From Bacteroidales bacterium (GTDB lineage Bacteria; Bacteroidota; Bacteroidia; Bacteroidales; ML635J-15), in contig JAFZLK010000052.1 in the NCBI GenBank assembly GCA_017551515.1, positions 7,864 through 71,863 of the forward strand: a stretch of 64,000 nt of DNA, given 5' to 3'. Position 1 is the stretch's first letter. Every line of letters starts with the position of its first letter. The notes under the pieces were generated by a model. It worked only from the letters and a program-made list of their open reading frames with translations. It had not been told where the DNA came from and did not search any database. The position numbers and the translations under genes were made by a program. Positions 38,080 through 47,179 of this stretch are shown in pieces.

Positions 38080-41000
38080 TTATTCCTTTACGAATTTTCG
38101 TTGGACAACAACCGTACCTTGAGTTTGTTGAAGTGAGCTTGTAGAAGATGTGTGGATACGAACAACATATACACCGTTTGGTAAATATCTGACATTGCAT
38201 ATTGCATTGTCGTTGTTGACATCCAAGCTATAAACAACCTGACCAATAATGTTTACAATTTCGACAGATGAGATTATTTCCGATGAGGTGATGTTCAGAA
38301 TATCATTTGCTGGGTTTGGATATATGTCAATGTTGTTTTCTGTTTCGTCTATTCCTGTTACGATTGCGGTTACAGTTTCTGATGCTTCAGATGTGCTGCC
38401 GTTTGCACAGTTTGTAATTATATAATATGCGTTGCCTTCATGTCCTTGCAGGTCGATTGTCGAAGAGTTCGTCTCTGTTGAAATCCAGTTGCCATTGCGG
38501 TAGATTTCGTAGGAAGTTGCATTTTCGGCAGCATTCCACGACAATACCACTCCGTACGGTTCAACTTGTGCTGTAAGGTTGGTGACAGTATTGCAAATCG
38601 CTTCTGCTTCGGCAGTTACTGTTTCTGAAGCATTTGAAGATCCTCCGTTTTCACAGTTGGTGATGATATAATAGGAATCGCCTACTTGTCCTTGCATGTC
38701 GATTGATGAGGTGTTGGTTTCGGTTGCGATTCTTTCACCGTTGCGGTAAACTTCGTAGGAAATTGCATTCTCGGCAGCTGTCCACGAAATCAAGTTTCCG
38801 TATGATTCAACCGAAACTTCTAGGTCTGAAATCGTATTACATTGTTCTGTTACAGGCGAAACAACCGTTTCTGATGGTTCCGAAAAATTGTTCGGCCCAC
38901 AATTGGTAACAACATAGTATTCAATGTTTTGACCACCTTCAATATCAAAGTAGATTGTTTCTGTATTAGTAGAAACAAGAATACCATTACGGTAAACCGA
39001 GTATGAATCTGCATTTTCGGCTGCTGTCCACGAAAGGAGATTTCCATCTGTGTTGTAAGCATTTGGTTCAATTGTAAGATTTGTAACACTATAACATATT
39101 GGAACTATAGCTATTTCATTGAAAGATGCATAAATGCTATGTCCATTTTCTGTTACATTGCTGAATGTATAGTTTTCAACAGCACCGACGTTTTGTCCAT
39201 CAACGGTAACATCGGCAATTTCGTAGCCTTCATTTGCTTCTATTGCGAAAGTTTTGCTTTCGCCGCAGTTAACCTCTATATCCCCACTGGGTGTTATAGT
39301 GCCACCATTTCCAGCGCTTGCAGTAATGATATAGGTAATTGGGTTGAATGTTACATTTATGTTTTGTGGCTCGGTTACATTTTCTATTGTGTAGGAGTTG
39401 TTTGCATCAAGCGTTACTGCTGTTCCGTTAACTGTTACACTACCGATTTCGTAGCAGTTGTCGGGAGTAACGGTGAAAGTGAAGTCATTTCCTTCTGAAA
39501 TTGTTTGTGCGCCAGTTGGAGAAACTGAGCCGCCTTCAGGGTCAGTGTTTACAACAATCACAATTTCTCCTGCTGGAATTACTTCGAATGTTGCAGATAT
39601 GCTGTGATTTGCATCAACATTTGTGAATGAGAACGAACTTTGCGAACCAACACTTTGTCCATCAACAAGTACATCGGAAATAATATAGCCCTCGTTTGCT
39701 GCAATAGCAAAGGTCTTATTTTCTCCGCAGTTTACGTTAACATTTCCAATAGGATTAATTGTTCCGCCATTTCCAGCATTTGCAGTTATTGTGTAGCTGA
39801 TTCGGTTGAATGTTGCATTAATTGTTTGTTCGGTGGTTACATTCTGTATTGTATATGAATTGTTCGCATTGAGTATTACTTCATTCCCGTTGACGGTAAC
39901 AATTCCTATTTCGTAGCAATCGTCGGGGATGACGGTAAATGTGTAGTTGCCATTGTAATTCACAGAGTTTGCACCAGTTATGCTTCCGTTTTCGGTGTCG
40001 GCAATGCTGATGTTTATTTCTGGCATTGCAATGTTTGCACAATCCGATGCGCTACAACCGTTGGTGTCGGTTGCGGTGACGCAATAGTTGTCGTCTGCTG
40101 TTACATTTATGCTTTGTGTTTGTTCGTTGGTTGACCAAATGTAATTATAGTTGCCAACGCCAGCGGTTGCATTTGCGGTAAGTGTGTTGCCATTTGTTGT
40201 TATCGCGACTGATGGAACAGGATTTATTGTTACAACAACAGAACCCTCGACTTCGCACGCACCATTGCTTGCTGTCACTGTGTATGTTCCGCTTTGTGAT
40301 ACTGTTATTGCCTGAGTATGCTGACCGTTGCTCCAGTTGTAGCTGTTAAAACCGCTTCCCGCATCCAATGTTGCAGTACCACCGCATTGGGTTATCGGTT
40401 CTCCAAGGTTGATGCTTCCCGATTCTATTACAGTTGCGGTTACTGCTGTACGTTCGCTTGTACAGATGCTTCCTGTCTTTATCACCCAGTTGTAGAAGGT
40501 ATAGTAGTAGGTGGAATATGATGAGGTGGCATATTGCCCTGTTATACTGATTACATTGTCAACAGTGTATGGGAAACTCGGTGTCTGTCTGTATGTGTTT
40601 TGTACGTTGGTGTAGATATTATATGTTCCAGCCGACAATTCTGCGTTTAATGTCAATGTGTTAAGACCGGATGTCAAATTGTGTTCTTGCGAATACACTT
40701 GTTGATTTGAACTGTTTGATATGGTTATTGTCTTGCTTTGGTTGTTCTGCGAGCAATATACATCTATCGAAACCAATGTAAGGTTTTGTGATACAGTAAA
40801 TGTAAGGCCTCTGTTTTGTCCATTATTAGTATATGCAGTTGCAGCCGTGTTGTCGGTGACACCTACATTGTAGTATTGTTCCGAACCTTGCTGTGCTTCG
40901 ACGTATAATGTTGTTGTTTCTGCGAAGTTTGCTGAATATGATTCGCCTGTTCCAAGTTCGGTTCCGTCGGTTGCAGAATCAAACCAGTGGAGAGTGCCGC

Positions 41001-43662
41001 TTCCTGTTGCCGAAAGGGTGATGTTGGCGTTTCTGCATCCGTTGGCTGGTGTTACCGAAGCAATCTCTGGAACGGAAACTTCTATTTGCTGGGTAGCAGT
41101 GCTATTGCCGATGGCATTTGTAGCGGTAAGTGTGATTGTGTATGTTCCGTTTGCAGTGTAGGTGTGTGTGGGTTCTGCTTCGGTAGAGGTTGTTCCATCC
41201 CCAAATGCCCAAAGGTAGGAGGTCGCGTGTTCAGATTCGTTGGTAATGCTTATGTTTCTTGTGCAGGATTCTGCGATAACTGCTGAAAATTCTGCTACAG
41301 GTTCGGGTTGGTAGCAACTTATTTCGGCTTCCCAACCAGTATTTACTGTTGAGGTGTTTGAGTAAAAGTAAATGGTAAGAGCACCATCGCTGTTTGTGGC
41401 TGTTACAACACCGTTTGTCCCTATCGAAGATGGGTTGGTTCCGCAATATTGTCCGATTTGCGTTGCCGATGTGCTTGTGCCGTCGTATATTGTGATATAG
41501 TTGTTGCAAGTTGTTGAACCCCAGTTTGTTGTCTGCTGTAATCCAAGTTGTGTGAATGTAAGTCTTAAATATGCGCCATCGGTGCTTGGATAGATTGTCT
41601 GCGTAACTCTGGCGTTGTTACCATAATTGCCATCGCTTCCTGGGTCTCTGTATGTGCCTGAACATGCGTAAATTGTTCCATCGCTCATGTTGATTACCGA
41701 AGTAACTTCAATGTATGCAGTCTTTGTTTCGGTATTGGAACCAAAGGCATTAGAAGCGACCAATGTAACTGAGTATAATCCTGATTCGTTGTATGTTACG
41801 GTTGGGTTCTGTTCATTTGATGTTGCTGGAGTTCCTCCTTCAAAAGTCCATTGCCACGATGTAGGCATATTTGTTGAAAGGTCGGTGAAAGTTACAGGAC
41901 TACTTATAGATACAGATGTTTCGGATGCTGAAAAGTCGGCTACTGGTGGTATTGCCTCATGAACTATGATTTGTTCTGTGGTGGATGTCGAGCATCCGTT
42001 TTCGCTTACAATAGAAAGTGTGACATTGTATGAGCCGGGAGTGTTGTAAGTTACGGTTGGATTTGCGGATGTGCTAGTTGCTGGCGAACCGCCCTCGAAA
42101 GTCCATGATGTCGAATTATTGCATCCAGTAGTATTGATAAATTGTATGCTTCTGCCTTCGTATGCTTCTGCAGGATTTGTAGTAAATGTCGGTTCTGGAC
42201 ATAGGCTTACATCCAAGCGTGTACTTGCCATATTCTGGGTTGTTACCGTTAATGTTTTTGGCAAATAGCCTTCCTTAGAGAAGGTTACGCTGTATGTGCC
42301 TGCATAAATCGGGCGTTGGTAGTCGCCGACTGGTGTTTTGGTGTAAACTTCCGAATTGTCGGTGTCGTGGTTGTTGACGAAAACCTTTACGCTGTCCAAA
42401 GGCTGGTTGGTACAAGCATCTGTAACAATGCCACGGAAACCGTATAAAGCCTGTTCTGTATAATTGAGCATTGCCTGCTTGTAGTATCCCCAGTATGCGT
42501 TAAGGTATTCTGTCCCTAGTTCCTTGGTGGTAGTGAATTCTACGGTTGTTTCCTTGATGTTCTTGTAGTAGTTCATATAATCTTGACGACCACCATCAAT
42601 AGAATACCATTCTGAGCCTTTTGTTACACCGTTTGATCCTGATACATTTGAAGGACCTGTGAATCTGCTGGAGTTGATTGCGTGTACAGTATCGACAAAC
42701 ATCCAAGAAATGTATTCCCACCAATCGTCATCTGCATTTGGACGGTCAACATGTGTCCATCCGTCCTCGTCCCACGGATAGTTCATGCATTCGTCTCCGC
42801 CGTGGCAGTTTGCCGACATTATGAAGTGGTGCTTGTTGGCGAAAGTGTACATCATCGTGATTTCTGGTTCGTCGGGATATTCTGCTGTATGATTAGGTCC
42901 ATCGGTAACGAACTTGAAGTTACGGTTAAGGTCAACTCCGTGTTGGTTGTATCTTCTTGCACTTTGTATGCTTGTGCCGTTGCTCGACTGGTAGAATGTA
43001 CCATCGGGGTTGGTGTTGGGCGATATGCAAATTTCCATGTTGTTTACAAGGTTGGTGACTTGCGGGTCGGTGCCGTAGTTTGTAAGCAGATGGTCGATAA
43101 GACGGATTAGGAAGTACCATCCCGAAGTTTCGTCACCATGCATAGTACTGCTCCACCAGAATTCAGGTTCGTCCTCGTCAACGCCAACATTATCGGAGAT
43201 TGTAATATTGACAATTGGTCGCTCATTTACAGAAAAACCTATTGTGTCGAGTTTGCATATTGATGGATAATTGGTTGCGTAGTTCTGCATCATTTGCAGA
43301 TATACAGCGTAGGTGGGGTAACGGTCCCAGTTTGCCATCTGTGCAACTGTGGTAGCCATGTTGAGTGCACGAGTCCGATTATAGTACTCATATACTGGCG
43401 CATATTCAATACCGTATGACTTGAATTGCTCATACTCTCTTCGGTTGGCGTATGCTACAACCATCGAATCATTAATCTTGTCGATTGAAATTATGCGCCC
43501 GAGTTCGCGTACTAGTTCACGATTGTTGTTATGTGGAAACCTAAACACTATTTCTCCACGATTTTCAAGAGTCTGCTCTATGAATTGAAGGTCGGATTTC
43601 GTCTGCCCTAAAACTGCCGATACTACTAGTATCCATGCAATTGCAATGATGACTTTTTTCAT
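38080..43662 (-). CDS. 1,860-aa T9SS-secreted M14 zinc carboxypeptidase with long PKD/CUB-like/Ig/Fn3-like extension
   Basis: It has a signal peptide and the M14 zinc-binding context WWSSTMHGDETSG. It also has a carboxypeptidase-regulatory-like domain, PKD modules, a CUB-like module and internal duplications. The C-terminus IDIYPNPANDILNI..IIGQVVYS..NGVYVVRIH fits a type-A CTD. Confidence 0.8.
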   Translation of the reverse strand: MKKVIIAIAWILVVSAVLGQTKSDLQFIEQTLENRGEIVFRFPHNNNRELVRELGRIISIDKINDSMVVAYANRREYEQFKSYGIEYAPVYEYYNRTRALNMATTVAQMANWDRYPTYAVYLQMMQNYATNYPSICKLDTIGFSVNERPIVNITISDNVGVDEDEPEFWWSSTMHGDETSGWYFLIRLIDHLLTNYGTDPQVTNLVNNMEICISPNTNPDGTFYQSSNGTSIQSARRYNQHGVDLNRNFKFVTDGPNHTAEYPDEPEITMMYTFANKHHFIMSANCHGGDECMNYPWDEDGWTHVDRPNADDDWWEYISWMFVDTVHAINSSRFTGPSNVSGSNGVTKGSEWYSIDGGRQDYMNYYKNIKETTVEFTTTKELGTEYLNAYWGYYKQAMLNYTEQALYGFRGIVTDACTNQPLDSVKVFVNNHDTDNSEVYTKTPVGDYQRPIYAGTYSVTFSKEGYLPKTLTVTTQNMASTRLDVSLCPEPTFTTNPAEAYEGRSIQFINTTGCNNSTSWTFEGGSPATSTSANPTVTYNTPGSYNVTLSIVSENGCSTSTTEQIIVHEAIPPVADFSASETSVSISSPVTFTDLSTNMPTSWQWTFEGGTPATSNEQNPTVTYNESGLYSVTLVASNAFGSNTETKTAYIEVTSVINMSDGTIYACSGTYRDPGSDGNYGNNARVTQTIYPSTDGAYLRLTFTQLGLQQTTNWGSTTCNNYITIYDGTSTSATQIGQYCGTNPSSIGTNGVVTATNSDGALTIYFYSNTSTVNTGWEAEISCYQPEPVAEFSAVIAESCTRNISITNESEHATSYLWAFGDGTTSTEAEPTHTYTANGTYTITLTATNAIGNSTATQQIEVSVPEIASVTPANGCRNANITLSATGSGTLHWFDSATDGTELGTGESYSANFAETTTLYVEAQQGSEQYYNVGVTDNTAATAYTNNGQNRGLTFTVSQNLTLVSIDVYCSQNNQSKTITISNSSNQQVYSQEHNLTSGLNTLTLNAELSAGTYNIYTNVQNTYRQTPSFPYTVDNVISITGQYATSSYSTYYYTFYNWVIKTGSICTSERTAVTATVIESGSINLGEPITQCGGTATLDAGSGFNSYNWSNGQHTQAITVSQSGTYTVTASNGACEVEGSVVVTINPVPSVAITTNGNTLTANATAGVGNYNYIWSTNEQTQSINVTADDNYCVTATDTNGCSASDCANIAMPEINISIADTENGSITGANSVNYNGNYTFTVIPDDCYEIGIVTVNGNEVILNANNSYTIQNVTTEQTINATFNRISYTITANAGNGGTINPIGNVNVNCGENKTFAIAANEGYIISDVLVDGQSVGSQSSFSFTNVDANHSISATFEVIPAGEIVIVVNTDPEGGSVSPTGAQTISEGNDFTFTVTPDNCYEIGSVTVNGTAVTLDANNSYTIENVTEPQNINVTFNPITYIITASAGNGGTITPSGDIEVNCGESKTFAIEANEGYEIADVTVDGQNVGAVENYTFSNVTENGHSIYASFNEIAIVPICYSVTNLTIEPNAYNTDGNLLSWTAAENADSYSVYRNGILVSTNTETIYFDIEGGQNIEYYVVTNCGPNNFSEPSETVVSPVTEQCNTISDLEVSVESYGNLISWTAAENAISYEVYRNGERIATETNTSSIDMQGQVGDSYYIITNCENGGSSNASETVTAEAEAICNTVTNLTAQVEPYGVVLSWNAAENATSYEIYRNGNWISTETNSSTIDLQGHEGNAYYIITNCANGSTSEASETVTAIVTGIDETENNIDIYPNPANDILNITSSEIISSVEIVNIIGQVVYSLDVNNDNAICNVRYLPNGVYVVRIHTSSTSSLQQTQGTVVVQRKFVKE
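38330..39110 (-). repeat. Three tandem 246-bp (82-codon) Fn3-like coding repeats
   Basis: The anchor encoding SWTAAENA recurs at 38519, 38765 and 39011, giving an exact 246-nt period. Confidence 0.75.
39120..40050 (-). repeat. Internal 462-bp (154-codon) tandem duplication (two Ig/B-repeat-like modules per unit)
   Basis: The CYEIG codon string lies at 39443-39456 and 39905-39918, exactly 462 nt apart. The protein units are about 60-70% identical by eye. Confidence 0.75.
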
Positions 43663-43869
43663 AAGTGAAAAATTTTCAAATTCGAGGTCAAATATAATAA
43701 AAAAATGTTAATAGCAAAATATTATTTGACGGTTTTAGATAAAAATGATTTATAAACGCAGTAAATGCTAATTTGTACTTTGAAACAGATAATATTTTTG
43801 ACTCCCTGAATGTTATTGCTGTTTGCTATAAATAACGGTATTTATTTAGTGAAAAATCCTTTTTTTCAG

Positions 43870-43890
43870 ATCTTGAAACAAGTTCAAGAT
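43870..43890. repeat. Hairpin module ATCTTGAA-ACAAG-TTCAAGAT followed by GACA (member of a dispersed family)
   Basis: It has a perfect 8-bp stem. The same loop and flank occur with a different but still complementary stem at 62998-63018, and a degraded copy lies at about 50044-50068. Confidence 0.65.
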
Positions 43891-43937
43891 GACAAAAAAA
43901 GGAGAGTGTTTGTATATTTAGCGGACAAAAGTTTTTG

Positions 43938-43945
43938 TAATTTTG
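43938..43945 (+). promoter_or_regulatory. -7 box (TAATTTTG) upstream of the oxidoreductase gene
   Basis: It lies 34 nt upstream of the ATG at 43980. Confidence 0.45.
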
Positions 43946-43979
43946 CGCTGAATTTCCGCATAATGTCAAAGGTTAATTT

Positions 43980-46897
43980 ATGGATTTCAGTGCTTTAAAG
44001 TCGAACTTCAAGGGTGAAGTTTTCACCGACAACATACATAGGATAATTTATGCTACCGATGCATCAGCCTACCGCGAAATGCCGTTGGCGGTCTGTGTGC
44101 CAATGGATAACGAAGATATTCGTGCTGTAATATGCTTTGCTCACGACAACGGACTAAGCATAATTCCTCGTGCATCAGGAACATCCATTGCCGGTCAGGT
44201 TGTTGGAAACGGAATCGTGGTTGATGTATCGAAGAACTTCGGCAAAGTGCTGGAACTCAACGAGGAAGGAAAATGGATTCGCATACAGCCCTGCGTGGTT
44301 CTTGATGAACTGAACAAATATCTTGCACCTCACAATCTGTTTTTTGGTCCCGAAACTTCCACATCTAACCGATGCATGATTTCGGGTATGGTGGGCAACA
44401 ATTCCTGTGGTTCGCATTCGCTGATTTATGGCAGTACTCGTGACCATTTGCTCGAGGTAAATGCATATTGTCAGATGGTTCGGATGTTACTTTTGGAGAA
44501 CTATCGCGCGAGGAATTCAATGCAAAATGCGAACTTCAGTCGCTTGAGGGCGACATATACCGCCATATCCGCGGTTTGCTTTCGCAAAAGGAGGTGGTTG
44601 ATGAAATAAAAACACACTATCCCGACCCCGAAATCCGTCGTCGCAATACAGGATATGCCCTTGATTGCCTTCTTGACAACGAAATCTTTGGCGATTCCGA
44701 CAAGAAATTCAACTTCTGCAAACTGATTGCAGGTTCGGAAGGCACTTTGGCTTTCATCACCGAAATAAAGTTGAATCTTGTTGATAAACCATCTGTCAAC
44801 AAGGCACTTATGTGCGTACACACCGCTACGCTCGATGAGGTTTTCGAGGCAAATCTTGTCGCACTGAAGTATTCACCATCATCGATAGAACTGATGGACA
44901 AGAAGGTGCTTGACCTTACAAAGGAGAACATTGCTCAGCGGCAAAACCGCTTTTTCGTGGAAGGCGACCCCGAAGGTGTGCTGATTGTGGAGTGGGTTAA
45001 CGATGACGAAAACTGGATTCAGAAGCAGATTGCCGATCTTGAAGCCGATTTGCGCTCTCACAATTATGGCTATTGCTATCCGATAGTGCGCGGTGCCGAC
45101 ATCCCAAAGGTTTGGGCTTTGCGAAAGGCGGGACTTGGTGTGCTCGGCAATATGCCAGGTGACCGTAAGCCTGCGCCAGTAATTGAAGATACCGCTGTGA
45201 ATCCTAAGGATTTGCCTGCATATATGAAGGATTTCCGCGAAATGCTTGACAGACTTGGCTTGGAGTGCGTTTACTATGCACACATAAGCACCGGCGAACT
45301 TCATCTGCGTCCGATTCTCAACCTGAAAGATACTCACGATGTTGAACTTTTCCACACTGTTGCGCTTGAAACGGCAAAACTTGTAAAGAAATATCGCGGT
45401 TCGCTCAGTGGCGAGCACGGCGATGGGAGGTTGCGCGGAGAGTTTATCCCGCTGATGCTAGGCGACAGGATTTACGAAATGTTTGTTGAGCTGAAAAAAG
45501 TCTGGGATAAGGACAATGTATTCAATGCCAACAAGATAATAGGCACACCGAAGATGAATACGCATTTGCGTTACAAGCCTGGTCAGCAAACTCGTGAGAT
45601 TGAAACCTACTTCGATTTTTCGCGTACTGGCGGTTATCTGCGCACGGCAGAAAAATGCAATGGCGCAGGCGACTGCCGCAAGTCGCACATCATTGGCGGA
45701 ACGCTTTGTCCAAGTTTTCAGGCAACACGCAACGAGCAGAACTCAACTCGCGCTCGTGCTAATATTCTCCGCGAACTTATAACAAACTCCACCAAGGCAA
45801 ATCCATTTATGGAAAAGGAAGCCTACGAAGTGCTCGACCAGTGCCTTTTGTGCAAGGCGTGTAAGTCGGAATGTCCATCGGGTGTGGATGTTGCCAAGTT
45901 GAAAATGGAATTTTTGCAGCATTACTATGACAATTACGGTGTTCCGATGCGTAGTAGGGCAGTGGCTTTGCAGCCGAGGTTGTATAAATTGGCATCATTG
46001 GTTCCACACATTTCAAATTTCTTCTTCAAAAACAGATTCTTCTCGAAAATAATTCAGAAATCCATCAATTTCAGCACAGAAAGGAGCATTCCGCTGATGA
46101 GTACGGTAAATCTCAAAAAGCAGGTTCGCAGAATTGCTGAAAGTCAGTCGCAAAATCCTAAAAAGACCATATATCTGTTTGTCGATGAATTTTCGCGCTA
46201 TCTTGACACTCACATTGCCGTTGATGCGGTTTCGCTGTTTACCAAGTTGGGTTACGAAGTGAAACTTGCCAAGTCGAAGGAAAGTGCGCGTACATGGCTC
46301 AGTAAGGGGCTTGTGCGCAAGGCGAAGAAAATAGCAAATGCCAATATTGAAATGCTTGGCGATATAATTACAGCCGAAACTCCGCTTGTGGGCATCGAAC
46401 CGTCGGCAATACTTGCCTTCCGTGACGAATATCCCGACCTTGCCTACGAAGCAAACCACGCAAAAGCCGAAAACCTAGCGAAGAATGCACTTCTGTTCGA
46501 TGAGTTTATATGCCGAGAAATAGATTGTGGTAACATCACATCGGAAATGTTTACCGATGAGGTTGCAAGCATAATGTTCCACGGACATTGCCAGCAGAAG
46601 GCGCTTGTCGGAACAAAATTCACATTGAAGGCCTTGTCGTTGCCGAAGAATTTCACCGTAAAGGAAATTCCTAGCGGTTGCTGTGGCATGGCAGGTTCAT
46701 TTGGCTACGAGAAGGAGCACTACGACCTTTCGATGAAGATAGGAAATCTTGTGCTTTTCCCGACAATCCGCAATGCCGAGCAAAATACAATTATTTCAGC
46801 CGTTGGCACAAGTTGCCGCTGTCAGATAAAGGATGGCACTGGGGTAGATGCTTTGCATCCGCTGGAGATACTGAATAGGGCGGTAAAGGGTAGGTAA
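43980..46897 (+). pseudogene. FAD-binding (PCMH) + 4Fe-4S + CCG-domain oxidoreductase (GlcD/GlcF-like fusion) interrupted by a 1-nt frameshift near 44465
   Basis: Two overlapping ORFs lie in different frames (43980-44609 and 44468-46897). The N-terminal part carries the FAD-binding domain. The C-terminal part carries CLLCKACKSECP (CxxCxxCxxxCP) and C-terminal Cys-rich regions. Reading ..aat gca then ata ttg tca gat gives a continuous ..EVNAILSDGSDV.. only if one base is restored. Confidence 0.65.
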
Positions 46898-46900
46898 TAA

Positions 46901-47172
46901 ATTATTAGTGTCCGCTAAATCTCCAGCCTGTCCGGAAAGCTGAACGAACAGCAAAAGGAACGTTGCTTGTGAGTTCGCTTGTCCGGAATCTGCTTTGTAA
47001 TAATCCGTTAGCAGATTACGGACAGCAGTCTTCACAACGCTCTCCATTTTGTATCGCGTGTTACGACTAGCTTCCGAAATGACAAGCCCTGTTTTATAAA
47101 TATTTGTGTAAATAAGTGATAATAATTGATTTACGGCATTATTGTGCTTTTTTGGCGGACACCAATAGTAAT
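46901..47172. mobile_element. MITE-like 272-bp non-coding element with imperfect terminal inverted repeats and an internal long hairpin
   Basis: The left end is ATTATTAGTGTCCGC (46901-46915). The right end GCGGACACCAATAGTAAT (47155-47172) is its reverse complement apart from 1 substitution and a 3-nt insertion. The internal hairpin is TGTCCGGAATCTGC (46980-46993) / GCAGATTACGGACA (47011-47024), 13/14 bp. There are five TGTCCG[CG]-type words. The element fills the spacer between convergent genes. Confidence 0.35.
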
Positions 47173-47179
47173 AAATCCC

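Noticed and set aside
43810-43998. 62-aa ORF containing ..ILKQVQDDKK..
   Set aside because: It is the in-frame reading of the hairpin repeat module and A/T-rich promoter DNA upstream of the oxidoreductase gene.
44455-44475. Programmed -1 ribosomal frameshift joining the two oxidoreductase ORFs
   Set aside because: There is no slippery X-XXY-YYZ heptamer at the junction (..aaatgcatattgtc..) and no obvious stimulatory structure. A simple 1-nt deletion or sequencing error is more parsimonious.
46920-46960. SRP (4.5S) RNA, suggested by GTCCGGAA
   Set aside because: The highly conserved continuation of SRP domain IV (GGAAGCAGC) is not present (the sequence reads GTCCGGAAAGCTGAACGAACAGC). The closing pair for a GGAA tetraloop is also absent.
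46796-47047. 83-aa minus-strand ORF in the MITE-like element
   Set aside because: It overlaps the 3' end of the oxidoreductase gene and is low in coding character. It is better explained as chance reading through the repeat element.
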